DNA of 64,000 nt from Vitrella brassicaformis CCMP3155. Its lineage: Eukaryota > Protista > Chromerida. The position numbers and the translations under genes were made by a program. The notes under the pieces are model-generated. The model worked only from the letters and a program-made list of their open reading frames with translations. It searched no databases and had not been told where the DNA came from. Positions 21,782 through 35,102 of the stretch are shown here, one piece after another. The stretch is from contig CDMY01000479.1 in the NCBI GenBank assembly GCA_001179505.1, positions 1 to 64,000 of the forward strand. The letters are read 5' to 3'. How positions within the stretch are numbered: the first letter of the stretch is position 1; each line of letters begins with the position of its first letter.

Positions 21782-23465
21782 CACCAACAGACACCTGAAC
21801 AAGTGAGTGAGATGTTTCACTTGCGCATGAATGAAATGTATCTTTGTGTGTGCGCTTTGGTGTACCGCTTTGCTCTGGTGTGCTGCCCTGTCGGTCTCGC
21901 CCGAACTCTCAGACACGCTAGAGCCAACGTCGTTGACATTGTACAGCCACCGAAACGTCTTGCGGTCACCATCCTTGCGCTGACATCCACACAGGGACAG
22001 ACACAAGGGAGCGATTGGTTTGTATGCCTCTCCCTCCCTTCTCACTTCTATCGTTCGCTTCATCCTTACCTTTGTGCTGTGGCGGGCAGTGGGAATCTGT
22101 GCCAGCTCGTCGCTGAGCATCGAGTCGACGTCTGTGAGAGTCTTCAGGACACCCGACAAGCGGCCAGCCAACGATACACAGGCCTTCAGAGTACACAGGA
22201 CTGAGTGTGGGCACATGGATGGCTGCGTGCATGTGTGTGTGTGTGTTTGTGGTGACCTGTGTATTGGAGTCTGCATTTGCTATCTTCACCTTCGCCACCT
22301 CAGTGCTCGCGGCTATGTTAGAGGCAACCTGCACACAGCAGGGCCAGCAACCGCTGCGGCATGCAAAGGGACTCGCTATCCCTCCCCTCTCGTCTTTCTC
22401 TCACCGAGTGTATCTTATCTATAATATTCCGCAAGCTGCCGTTGCCATCCGATCCGTCGCCTTCCTCCCCTGAATGCAGCACACCATCACCACACGTACA
22501 AGGCATGACACTATTGGCGGCTGACGGCCATCAGTCGACGTGTGGTTGCATGTGTGAGTGTGTCATCACCTCGTGAGGGCGCCGGGCCGCCATCGCTACT
22601 GACGTCCACCGTCGGCACAGATCAACCACCTGCACCAACGGAGAGAGGGCGAGGGAGATGAGATCCATCCATTTATCCATCCATCCATCCATCCATCCTT
22701 GTGTGTCTGGGTCACTCCTCAGGTGGTAGCCGGCAGCCTCCACACAGCTGCAAATGACATATCGTCAAGAGAAGAGGCCCGATGTCAGCGCTGCCGTCAG
22801 CCGCCTGTACAGCCTCAGCCTCTCATCAAATCTGACAAGAGTATGACACGCATCCATCCAGGGGGGTGAGCCATCTTCTGTGTGTTTGTCTCTGCTGTAT
22901 TGCCTTCTGGCTGCCTGCCTGTGTGATCTCTGGCTGCCTCGGCGATGCATATGCCACTCAGGTGCTCATGCATTCTTCATTGGGATATCTATCGTGTGGC
23001 CTTACCGATGAGAATGGGATGAAGGCCGGAGGCATCTTCAGCTCACGGCAGCGCCAAATTACAAGCCATTCGTTCTTTTGTCGATGGCTCGAAGTGTCGA
23101 GAATTGGGGACAAACCCCGCTCCAAACCCTACGAGACGCCATTTTTTGAATTTTCTGCATTTGCCCGCTGCTTCCTGTCACCGCTTCCCTTCCCCTGATG
23201 CCGCGTACTGCAGCCGCAGCCCGAGGCCTTCTCTCTGTGTCTGAGAGGGAATGAGGACAATCGTGACAGCAACGGACAACACATTCAGCGGTACGGCAAC
23301 TGCGGGCCCCGGGCTTTCGGCCGCTGCTGGCCATTCATGAAGCCACTTGTTTTTTGAGGGCAGCGGAAGCCGGCCATGATTACTGCAGCCGGCACAGAAG
23401 ACAGGCACAAACGCTACGCTCTGGCTGACAATGATAATGAGAATCCGAAAGATCCGACGTGTCGT
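20830..23465. repeat. Left arm of inverted segmental duplication (pairs with 61375-63970)
   Basis: The reverse complement aligns by eye over coding and non-coding DNA, e.g. CTGCTGGCCATTCATGAAGCCACTTGTTTTTTGAGGGCAGCGG at about 23325 vs about 61490 on the other strand. Confidence 0.9.
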
Positions 23466-25330
23466 ATGCGTTGTCTGTGCGTTTCTCTGACGTCAGCTGG
23501 TAAAAACCCGTCGGAATGCGAGTATGTTGACGTCCACGACCTGTTCGACATGATAAACCTCCTCACAATCTCATCCCGCCACCCCTCCCCTATCTCCCCC
23601 CGATGCGGCCGAGATTCGGAAAGATGTCATCATCGGGATTCGCGGCCTCTACTACTATGCCCTCGCCTATCTTTCGCCGCCACGTCAATGAAGCGCCTAG
23701 GCATCGACAATCTGAATAACGACGTGCTCGTGCGGTGGACTGAGTTGCGGCAGGGCCTTGAAGAGGCGAGCACAACAACGAATGCCACATCATCGCTGCA
23801 GCCCCGTTACCCATCCCGACGCCTCTGCCGCCCATCCTACACTATAAGGGGGCAACTTTTATCGATTGCGGGACCATGCTGCAGGGAGATGCCGAGAGAG
23901 GAGAACAGTTGTGCGGCTGTCACACGACCCCATCGAGCAGATCAGAAGTGGCAAGCTCAGCTGCTTGCGGCCTATGCCTGGGGATGCATCGTCCCTGAAG
24001 TGGCGCTGGTTTCCATTGACGGCCGCATGAGCGACGACTCGGGAGAGACGTTAGAAGAGGATCTTAGTCTGAGCCCCGCCACAACCCCGACAAAGATATA
24101 GGAGATCAAGGAGATATGTGGCCGGCAGGTGGAGAGATTCGCCGAAAGGGGGGTGATAGGAATGGAGGGACCAACGGTTAGGGCGGTGCGACTAGACGAG
24201 GAGCGCAAAGACGTGGGCCATCGAGTCTACACAAATGTGCACACGCACATTCCTGTCTTGCCTCGCAGGATATTATCTCGCTGGCGAGAAGCACGACGGC
24301 ATTTTGTGTCAGTGGCTTGACAGTCCGGCTTCAGCAAAAGGCAGGGCGTGCAAATCGAAGACTTGGACGAGGAATACCTCGAAGATAACAATCGGAACGT
24401 CCCACTAAAGGTATACTTCTCTACCGACACAGAGGTCTAGAACAGCAACACTGTTTCTTCCTCGTGTCTCCAAACAATGCTTTGCGTTTTCTTTTTCTCA
24501 GGCCACCAAAATAATTGAAATCGAAAAAGGACAATCGACTTTCGAAGAGGATTTTTCAACAAAGGCCCTACTCACGTGAGGACAATCACAGACGCGCTCA
24601 CATGCACTCACATATTGTTGTCTGGGCGTTGTCACAGAGCATTCGACACGCCGCGGCACTCACCATACAAAAAGTCTACAAAAAGCTGCTCAAGACCAGG
24701 GAGATTCAAAAAGCCGCCGCAACGATGATACAGGCGGCCCACAGAGGGTCCAAGGGACGCAGACAGGCAGAGCTGATCAAGGAGCAGCGGATTGTTGACG
24801 AGATTAATTCAAGCAGCCTGCCGATCGAAAAGCACGAGCAGGTAAGCTGACGAGTCAACACAAATGTGTGCACGCACATTCCTGTCTTGCCTCGCAGGAT
24901 ATTATCTCGCTGGCGAGGAGCACGAGGGCATTTTGTATTAGTGGGTTAAGTGGCACCGGGAAATCAACACTGGTGTGTGGCCAGCTAGATCTCTTCATCC
25001 ATGTCTCTTGTCGATTGCGAGTTCTTCGATTTGTCAGACCCCCATATTCCTGCTGAAGGATGCGCTAAGGCGAGGCGAATACACACATATACTGATTTCT
25101 CAGCCGCGCCGCATGGCAGCAGAGAAGATTGCCAGGTAATACAAACACATAGACAAGCCAAGCTTGATTTGCATGTCTCCCTCAGGCGACTGGCAGACCT
25201 CTGTGCTACAGAGGGGCTGGACACGCGCACGGGGGACGATAAAGGCAAGGTTGGAGGGACTGTGGTGCCGCATCGCGGGCGCCACCGTCGGGCTCCGCCA
25301 CTTGAGTATCCCCCATGCGCTTGAGCTCAA
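23300..25330 (+). pseudogene. Decayed/mosaic gene with CEY-family 5' remnant, two IQ-like motifs and a Walker-A P-loop exon
   Basis: ECEYVD remnant at about 23515. AAALTIQKVYKK and AAATMIQAAHRGSKGRR (IQ-like, 24650-24770). FCISGLSGTGKSTL (24930-24970). Duplicated acceptor + exon start at 24234-24335 vs 24862-24965. No continuous clean frame. Confidence 0.45.
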
Positions 25331-25457
25331 GGGCGGAGACATCCCGCATCCCCGTGACCACCGCCTCCGCATGTGTGTCCATTGTATGCGAGTGCCCGTC
25401 GATGGGTGCATGCGACTGACTGTCTGCCCGCCCGCCTGCCTGTCTGCATCGATGGAT

Positions 25458-25681
25458 GGAGAGTATCGCTGTCTACATTTTATATTCGTTGATCGTCTGT
25501 CTTCGCTGACTCGGTCGTCCTTGCTTGGCATGCAGTGAGTGCAGGACCTTGAGAGTGTTGAGTTGGCAAACAAACACCTCTCCTGCCTCACAAAGCCGCG
25601 CGAATGAAAAGCATACACAAAGAGGCTGCCTATGCACAGCGAATGTGATGCCGAACCAAGCACGTATCGAAAACCCGACAA
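25458..25681. repeat. About 225-bp element, inverted copy of 58169-58396
   Basis: e.g. GGAGAGTATCGCTGTCTACATTTTATATTCGTTGATCGT and CAGGACCTTGAGAGTGTTGAGTTGGCAAA match the reverse complement of the 58.2-58.4 kb segment. Confidence 0.88.
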
Positions 25682-25797
25682 GAATGGACAAAACGGGGGC
25701 CATACGGGCCCCTTCTTTCTCATACACCCCCCTCTCACTCACATGGACTCCTCTTGACTAACGCCAAACAGCCCGTCGAATCTGTCCATCAGTTTGC

Positions 25798-28700
25798 TCA
25801 GCTCACGGTCTTCCCTCTCCGTCCAGGCGCCATCCCTCTCCACCTCACTCTCGCCCTGATCGCGGGGGCTCACAAGCGCCCTGTCGTTCGTGTCTTCCGC
25901 AATTACGTGATGTGTGGTGCTGTGCCGCTTTAGAATCTTCCTCTTCAGTGCTTCTGGGAGACCGCACTCTGCAGACAGAGAGAGACAGAAGGAGACTGCG
26001 ATGTGTCTCTGTCTGTCTCTGCGGTGTGCGTACGTGCTTTGAACTGCTCGAATTTCTCCATGGCCTGTTTCCTCTTGCTGGGGCTGTTTTGGGGGTTCGT
26101 GGCGCTGAGGTGGAGGGCGACATAGGTGAGGGCGGCCGCGTCGCGGGCCAGGTGGGGCATCACCGGGCGGCGGTCACCCACGTCTGTGAGGGCCTCGCAG
26201 ATGGCCTCGGACAGACTCACCTAACCAGACAGGCAAAGTGAGACACACGCACGCCTTATTCAAACGGTATTTCGGGGCGTGTCTCTGTCTCTGCCGCTCA
26301 CGTTGAGGAATGCCATGGTGTTTCCCAGCTCCTGCTGGAGCTTGCGCATGCCCAGGCAAAGGTCGCCCTCTTCTCTCTCCTCCTCTTTCTGAGCCTCCCT
26401 CTTGGCCCGCTCCCTCCTGGCTTCCTCACCCATGTGGGCGAGGGTCACCTGGGGCGCATGGCCCATCTCCTGGCTCGCCGGGAGCTTCGCCGGCAGCAGA
26501 GAAGGGGACTTCTGGACGTACCTGCACGTGAAGGGTAGTCGATCAGGGGCATGTCCATCGTGCTATGTGTGTGTGCTCGCTGTATGTCGCTGTATGTGAC
26601 CGTGATGGCAGTTGGCAGAATCTCTGCAGGTTGTTGTGTGAGGCGAAGACCCAGTAGTCCTGCCCGTACTGGACGATGTGGTGGCTCGCCAGCGGCTTGA
26701 CCAGCCGGCCGTCGTCCACTAGTGGATCGACACAGACAGAGACAGAGACAGAGACACCAGAGTCTGTGCGAGTGTGTCCGTCTGTCTGTCTGTGCAGGCG
26801 TGCGCACCGCACCGAGTGCGACAGGGTCGTATCCCCTGAGCGCCTTTTCGATGGACATCGACTGGCACTCTGTGAAGGGCAGCACACGCGGGAGGGTCCG
26901 CGGCAGCGGCGTGGACAGGTAGTGGCTCGGGTGAGACAGGAAGGCCTGCATCCACAGTCGTGATCGTGTGTATGTGGCGACGTACACACGGGGAGAGTGG
27001 GGAGAGGGTTGTTGCTGACCTGTTGGCTGTCGTGCGATTGGAGCCAGAATATTCTTCCCTTGAACTCGACGGCGAATGAGAAGTCGCCTGAGGCGTCAAC
27101 CAACTCATCCTACACACACATGCACACACACACACAGACGATCCATAGAACTTTCTGGCTGTGACGTGCATACCTTCACAGTTAGGGCCACAGGGCAGAA
27201 TGTCCTCCAAGGCGACACCTACGCGCAGAGAGACACGTGTGTGTGAAAACGCCCAACACGCAAGCGTACAAAGTACTTTGCTTTGGATGACTCGTGGTGT
27301 CCATCCCAGGCCGCTGCATGGAGCAGCCCGCTTGTTGGCGTGCAGCCGGTGGTACAAATGCCGACGGGCTATCGCTGACTGCACACACACGAAGACAGAC
27401 AGGGATGCGTTCGTCCATTTCTGCTTCTGTGTGGGTGCGGTGCGTTGGAATGTACCTCTGCTTCCTTCATTGCAGCGTCGTAGATGCGCCACAAGGACTG
27501 GTCGCCAGGCAGCAGACTGACAACGAACGAGACGCGCAGACAGAAAGTATCTATGTCTGTCTGTCTGTCTGTGTGTCTCTGTGCCGTGTGTGTGGTTGTG
27601 TGTGGTTGCCCACCTGACGCACGAGTACATTTGGCTGTAGTAGCTCTGCACCTGCGGCGCCCGCACAGTGTAGGCGTTGAGGGCCTCACGCTGGAACAAG
27701 ACGACGCGACGACTGTCCTGCACGTCGCCAACTGCACACACACGCACACACAGGCGAGCACACCCGTTTGTGTGCACATGATGAGTGTGTACTCCCACCG
27801 CACCGGTGTTGTCAGCGATCAGCCTCTGGCACCGCTGGAAGGTCAGTTCCTCCCCCGCCTGGTTGCGTGTGCGCTTAGAATACACACAGGTGACTCTGTT
27901 GTGTCTCTCGGTGTGTCAGACCTGCAAGACGAAGACGTTGTGAGGGATGACTCTGTATCTCGACAGCAGAGTCGCCTGCTTGACGTTCAGCGGCAGACCG
28001 TCGAGGATCCACCCTGAGTCGAGAGAAGAGATGTACACACAGACACATGTACACACACACACACACATACACACATGGTGTCTGGTGTGTGTGGTACCTC
28101 TCTCCAGGCAGTCCTTTTCTGAGAGGCGTCTAACGATGCTGGCCACCATCAGCTCGTCACCCACCACGCCCCCGCTGCACACAAAAGGTCCACACCCAAA
28201 GATGCACACAGACATGACCCCACAAACACACACACACACACATGGGTGCTAGCTACTACCTCTTGAGAGCGTTGTCGACGTGCAGCGCCAGCTGGTTGTC
28301 CATCTTTTGCAGAGCGCCGCTCAGCACCTCTTCGCCAGTGACCACGATGGCGCCCGTCTTCTCTGCCAGCTTGGCTGCCAGGGTGCTCTTGCCGCTCAGG
28401 GGTGGACCTACAGAAGCGCAACACGCACAAAGTGGATGTGCCTTGGCGCACACGAACACAGCCCGTGTGCATGCGCACCCATGACAACGATTGCGGGGTG
28501 TGTCTCGACTGGTGAGGGGTCTGGCGCCTGGAGAAGGTCGACAATCCTGCCCTTACTTGCCTCCCTCTCCTCGAAGGACCCCGCCACGTAGTAGATGCGA
28601 TCGCGATACAACAGGGGAAACTCATACGTGCTGGGGTGGACCTACACACGTCCAGCGTCCACAGATGTGTGTGTGTGTGTGTGTGTGTATGTGTGTGTGG

Positions 28701-31700
28701 CGAAAGGCACACTCTAGTACCAGTCTGTCAACGCCAGTGGGGTTGAATTTTCTGAACCGGGAGAGCCGCGCGTGGCCGTGCCGCTGCAGACGCTCCGCAT
28801 ACAGAGGGTCGATCGACCTGACAAATGGCCGGCCGGACGCATGGATCGATGTGTGTATGCAGGTGTGTGCAGAGAGAGAGAGCCACGGGAGGGAGGTGTA
28901 CCTACCTGCACTGGTGCTTCTCAATGAGGCTGTTCCGGTGCTGCACATAGGGCCTCAGGGCGTGCTCAACCATCTTCATGACGTTCGTGTGCGACCGCTG
29001 CGTCTTGACGGTGAAGATCGGCACACGTGACTCGTCGAGGGATCCACGCATCAGCGCCAGGACGGCCTCCTGCTGTCTCTTGGCAGCCGTGAACTGCTCG
29101 ATCGCCTTCTCCGAGGCCTTGGGCGCACCCTCCTCAGCCTCCTCTTCCTGCGCACACAGGCCCATGGGCGAGGTGGGAGGTGTGTATGTGTTGGGAAGAG
29201 AGCTGCCCACCTCTTGGTCGGCCTCTTCTTCCTCTTCTTCGACTTCCTCGCCCGCAGCAAGACGCTGCTCGCGCTCCCGCAGCTGCAGACAACATGCGTG
29301 TGCACATCAGTATGCCTGCCTGCCTCTCTGTGTGGCTGTGTCTGTGGATTGTGGCTGTGTGTGTGGGTGTCGATCGACACACAAGTGCAGCGTGCAGCCG
29401 AGCCGACCTTTTCAGCCCGAATGGCTTCCTTCTCCTGCCTCTTCCTCTCCTTCTCTCTCTCGGCCTCCAGCTGATGGGCGCAGACAAAGCACACAGAAAC
29501 ACGGCCATTTTGTGGCTATGTCTCTCTCTGTGCATCGCTGTGTGTGTGTGTGCGCACGTCGATTTGCTCGAGGTTGAGGCATCGGTCGATGGCTGTGGCG
29601 TCATCGATCTCCAGGATGACCACACAGTCGGGGAGACGGCCAGCCTGACACACACACACACAGAGAGACAAGGGGGGAGGGGCAAGGAGGCTTTGTGAGT
29701 GCACGCGTCAGCTTACCCGTGCCATGATTGCGGCGACATTGTTATTGGTAACGTTCTCTTCGTCGATCTCCTCGCTCTCAGTGTTGACAAGACCAGCAAA
29801 CACGTTCCCTGGCGTGACACACACATACACCCAGTGGATAGACGCATGTGTGTGTTTACGTGCAGACGCACACTGGGTGGGTTCTATGCATCACCGTCAA
29901 TGATGAGCGCGCCAGTGTGTGCGTGGAGCGTGTTCCGCATGGCAGATCGCTGCAGCGAGTCCACCACCTCGGGATCGAGCTCTGCGTGTCATGGACGCAC
30001 AAAGGGTGTGCGAGAGTGGATGCGTGTGTGCTAAGGTGTACGTCTCTGCCGGACCTGGCTCGCCTTCCTCTTCCCCTTCTCCCTCCGCCTCTCCCTCCTC
30101 GCTGCACACACACACACACACACACACACAGGGATATGACAGGGCGCATGTGTTGTGTGTGTGTGTGTGTGTGTGTGTGTACGCAATGATGAGGTTTCCC
30201 TCTTCGTCGACGATCGGCTCCTGGTTCTTGAGGCGCTCCTTCTCACTCGCCACACCAGCCAAGTGCTCGGCCTCCAGGCGGGCATACTGTCCAGTCAGAA
30301 GCAATGTGTGTGTGGGGCCTGGGGGACAGAGGGGCTGTGGGGGGTACCTCTTGTGTGTATGTCTGTTCGATGCCCATTTGTGGGATCTTCAGCTTGTCTG
30401 CGAGCGACTCCGCCACCGAGGGCAGCATGCAGCCAGAGGGGCCCACAAACATCAGCCTACAGACACAGACACACACGTGTCTCATCTCTCTGTGTGTGTG
30501 GGGTGGGGCATGAAGGCGCCACCTACCTGGGTGGCGGCACGTCAGCGTCCGTGTGGATGTAGGCGGCAGGGTTGAGGGAGAAGGCCTTCATCGCCGGCTC
30601 AGAGAACAGCCGATACTGCTTGTGAGACAACTGCACCTGCACACACCACACCACACCACACCCCACACAGATGGACGTGGATGTGCACACCTCTGTCCAA
30701 ACACAAACACGTCTCTCTCGTGTACTTGAAAGTCGGCCTTGCCCGGCACCAGCCATTTTTCATTTCTCAGTGTCACCGGGCAATAGAGACCTGGCACACG
30801 CGCCCCCACCCTCTCACACACATACGCACACACGCACCCTTTGTTTGCACGCACCTGTCTCGCCCCACGGAACATATAGCGGCAGCTTCGGGGGTTTCTC
30901 GACTGTCTCCCCCTCCTCTCCCTCCTCCTCCTCTGCCTGCTCTTCCTCGGCCTCTTCAGGCTCGGCGTAGGGGTCGATCGGCTCCTCAACGTGGGAAGGG
31001 TCATCTGCACACGCCGGTGTGATGTGTTCGTCTCACCTGTGTGTGTGTGTGTGTGTGTGTACCTGGTTGGATGAAGAAGGGGTCGAACGCCTTGCGGACG
31101 TGGCAGAAGGTGTCGTCGATCGATGGCTCCAGCGGGATGGGAACTGTCCATGTAAACATACACACACACGCATGTGCAGCCATATCACATGTGCTTGCAG
31201 CCGCATCCCATGTGCTTGCAGCTGCGCGTACCCACTCTCTCCCCGAGGGCATCAAGCTGCGCGTCATAGGCCTCAACCGCCGGCTCCAGTAGCATGTGCT
31301 CGTCAGCAGCTCTACATTCATGTTGTTGATGTGTATACGAAGGCGCGTGTGTGTCTCTCTCTGTGTGTGGGAGAATACCGTCTTCTGAGTATGTCTGTCA
31401 TCGAGGGGGCGTCCTCCTCCTCTGACAGCGCCTGTGTGTGAGACACGTGTTTGTTCACACGGAGATGCCTAGGGGCCATCGATCGTACCTTGTAAGCGAG
31501 AATGCGGTGGAACTTGATGTTGAGTCCCTCCAGCGCCACGATCTGCCCACACGCACACACACACACAAAACACAATATGCAGCACACTTGTCCGTCACAC
31601 CCACGCCACGCCACGCACTCAATGTCAGCACCTCTTCCTCCTTCATCGGCGCGCCGCACACCACAAACCCCCGGGATGGCCACTCAAGCGGACCCTCCTG

Positions 31701-32215
31701 TCGTCATGCACACACAAGGTATACCTGTCTATGGCTGTCCGCGCATTCCCCCTCCCTCCGTACCAGCTCGACGATCGGCTCGCCGGTCTCCTCATCGATG
31801 GGGTACTCGGGAGGCTCCGTGCCTTCAGGCTACACACACACATGCAGGGAGACAGCGAGACATGAGAAAGGAAGTGTGGGGTGGGGGAGTGGGGGGGTAC
31901 CGCTTCTTTCGCGGCTTCAATCTCCTTCTTGATCCCCTCGATCTGCTTCTTGCGTGTGTCGACCATCTTCCAGTTGTTGAACAGACCCAACTCACACGCA
32001 ATGCATCGCACTATCGCGTCGCTGCCTACACACACATGCGCACACACCTGTCTGTGTGTGTGTGTGTGTGTGCGTGTGTGTGCGTGCGGATTTGCTGTGC
32101 TTACTGAGTTCTTTGCCGTCTATGACGGCCTCTCGCTCCTTGGGGTAGAACTGAAAGTCGCCCGTGTCCGGTGGGGGCGGCTGGCGGGCGAGGAGAGGAA
32201 AGGCAGGAGTGCATG

Positions 32216-32249
<34 letters not shown>

Positions 32250-35069
32250 TGTACCTCCTCCTCCTCTTCAACAGGTTCTGATGGTGGCGGCTCCACCTCC
32301 TGCTGCTTCTGCGGGTGGGCACACGAACACACACACATGGGTGAGGGATGATGTATGGGTGGGGACTTGTGGTGTGTACCTTGCCCCTCCTCTGCTTTTT
32401 TCTCTCTTTCTCGAGCCTCTCCCTCTCCTCCTCGGCCTTGCGGCGGGCCTCTTCAATCTGCACACACACACACACACACACACGCGCGCGCGCGCACACA
32501 CTCAACCACACACACACATGGATGGAATCGGAGTGCATCTGCTTGTACCGTACCTCCTCTTTGGTTGGCGGCACGTAGTGGTCCCTCCTCTCCAGACCTC
32601 TCTCGATGGCAGACGGCAGATCGACCACTTGGAAGCCATACATGTCCTACAAAGTCACATCACACACGCGCGTCTGTGGATGCGCATAAAAGCTCTGTAT
32701 ACGGCGGAGGGACGGGTCATACGCTGATCATATTGGCTTGGGTCTTCTTGCCACTTCTGGGCGGCCCCAGAATGGCCAGGCCGAGGGTGGGCGGCACCTG
32801 CGGCCACTTGTCGATGTACCTGAACACCTCTCACACACATCCATGTGTGTGTTTTGTGGAATGGAAGGTGCAGAAGTCACTTACTTTCTGGGGTCTCTCT
32901 TGAAGGCTGTCATGGTCTCGGGTGAGGAGAAGAGGAACACGCGGCCGCCATAGTCGACGGCATTCTCCTGACAACCACACACACACACACACACAGGGAG
33001 AGAGAGAGAGAGAGTGGGAAATGAGTACAGCTGTATCTGCGCCTGTGTGTCTCTCTCTATCTGTGACACACCTGAGTGCCTTCTCTGATCTCGCTCTTGT
33101 CCCTCACGGCCACACAGTCGACTGTGCGCCAGGGTGACCATCGTCGAGGAGGGTCCTTCTCGTCGAGATTCAGACGCAGCAGCTCCTACACACACACACA
33201 CACACACAATTAGACGCACACATGACAAATGGCTGGTGGGGCTGGGGCTGGGGTGGTTACCTTCAGTTCTCCGACGTCTGCGCTGCCCTCTATGTCTTTT
33301 GCCACTGGGGGCGGCGCCAGACACCGCTGCATCGCCTTGGTGGGGTGGATGTGGGTCATCAAGGTCGACAACAGCTGCAGAAACAGCCACCAGAGACATA
33401 CACACCCACACACCCACATGTTTGTGTGAATGCGATGGATGGATGGATGGATGGTGACTGATCCACCTCTTCCGGCGCGCGGCCTTCAACAGAGAGAGTG
33501 GTGCACGGCACACCTGCGGCCTTCGAGAGAAACGAAGAGACACACACAGAGAGAGAGAGAGCACAAGCGCACACCAAGCATGTCGACACACCCCACTCCC
33601 CACACGCGCACCTCCACTTTTTGCAGCACTTTCTTGGCCCCCTCGACGTCGGCGTGGCCCGGCGTCCTCTCGGGCAGCAGCAGCTCAGACGACAGGGGCA
33701 TCGGAGGGAGCTGCGCTGCACACATACAAGGTCGCGTGTGTGTATCCCCCGCACACACACAGAAAGGATGCAGGCACGCACCTGCTGACTTCTTGAAGGG
33801 TGGCTGAATATACGGTCGGATCTCCTGCACCCACACCCACATACACAGGCAGCCTTTGCTTGTGTCGATTTCTGCCGATGGGTGTATGTGTGTGTGTGTG
33901 TGTGTGTCTATACGTTGATGAGATCGACCCCTGGGATGTCGAGGTTGCCCTCCTCGTCCATCGGGGGTTCCGGCAGCGCCTCCTCCTCGGGCAACTCCTC
34001 TTCGGGCACCTCCTCACCAGCAGCCTCAAGCGCCTTCACACACACACACAGAGAGACACACAGAGGTGCTGGTGGAGGGCGGGAGGGTGGAAGGGCGGTT
34101 ACGGCTGCTAGTGCATGCACACCTTTCTCGCCGCCTCCTTCTCTTTGTGTCTACTCTCCAGCTGTGTCAGGTCGTCCTTGCCCCACACCTGGCCACTCGG
34201 CTCGTGAACCCTACCAACCCCCCCACACACACATGGGATGGATTTCTTTCTGTGTGTCCATCGAAATGTATGTGCAGCAGAGGAAGAGGCACCTGAGTCC
34301 ACCCGCATAGACACTGAGGTCGCTCTGTGGGTAGTCGAGGTAGACGGCCAGCCGTGGGAAGGCGTCAAGGAGGGGGTTGTCCACCCAGTGCTGGGGAGGG
34401 GGCGGTGGGGGTGGGGGGGCGGGAGGCTGCATGGGGGGTCGGATGCATGTGTGTGTGTGTGTGTGTGTGTAAACACCGCTGGCTGTCTGGCTGCGTGTGG
34501 CTGACCTCTTCTCCCTCTTCAGCTGGCTGTCCTCCCTCCCCCTCCCTCTCCCCCTCTGCAGGCTGCTCCCCTTCTGCGGCTGCTGCTGCTGCTGGGGGTT
34601 TCTCGGTCTCCTCGGGTGCACCCTCTTTCTCACCTGAGCACAGAACAGACACACAGTGGGGTGTGTGCGTGTAGGCGCTTGTGTCTGATGCGCACACACA
34701 CAGATACGCACACCCATACCTGGCGGCTCTGGCTGCTCAGCGGCCTCTGCGGCTGTCTCGTCTCCCTCTCCTACTGCCGCCTTCTCCCCCTCGCCCTCTC
34801 CCTCTCCCTCTAGCTGCTGCTCTCCCTCTCCCTCGACCCCTGCCTCCCCCTCCTCGGGCGCCACAGCGGGCTCCTTCGTCGGCACTGCAGACACCGTTTG
34901 GGTACACGGATGGGTTTGCCTGCCTGCTGGCGGGGTGTCGTGTGCAGTATTGTGTGTGGCTTACACGGGGGAAGCTCGACGTCGTCTTTGGTGAAGCTGA
35001 GCCACTCCAGCCGAGGCTGAAGGAGAGAGACACAGGGCACAGACAGACAGGCGATAGATGGCACCCATC

Positions 35070-35102
<33 letters not shown>

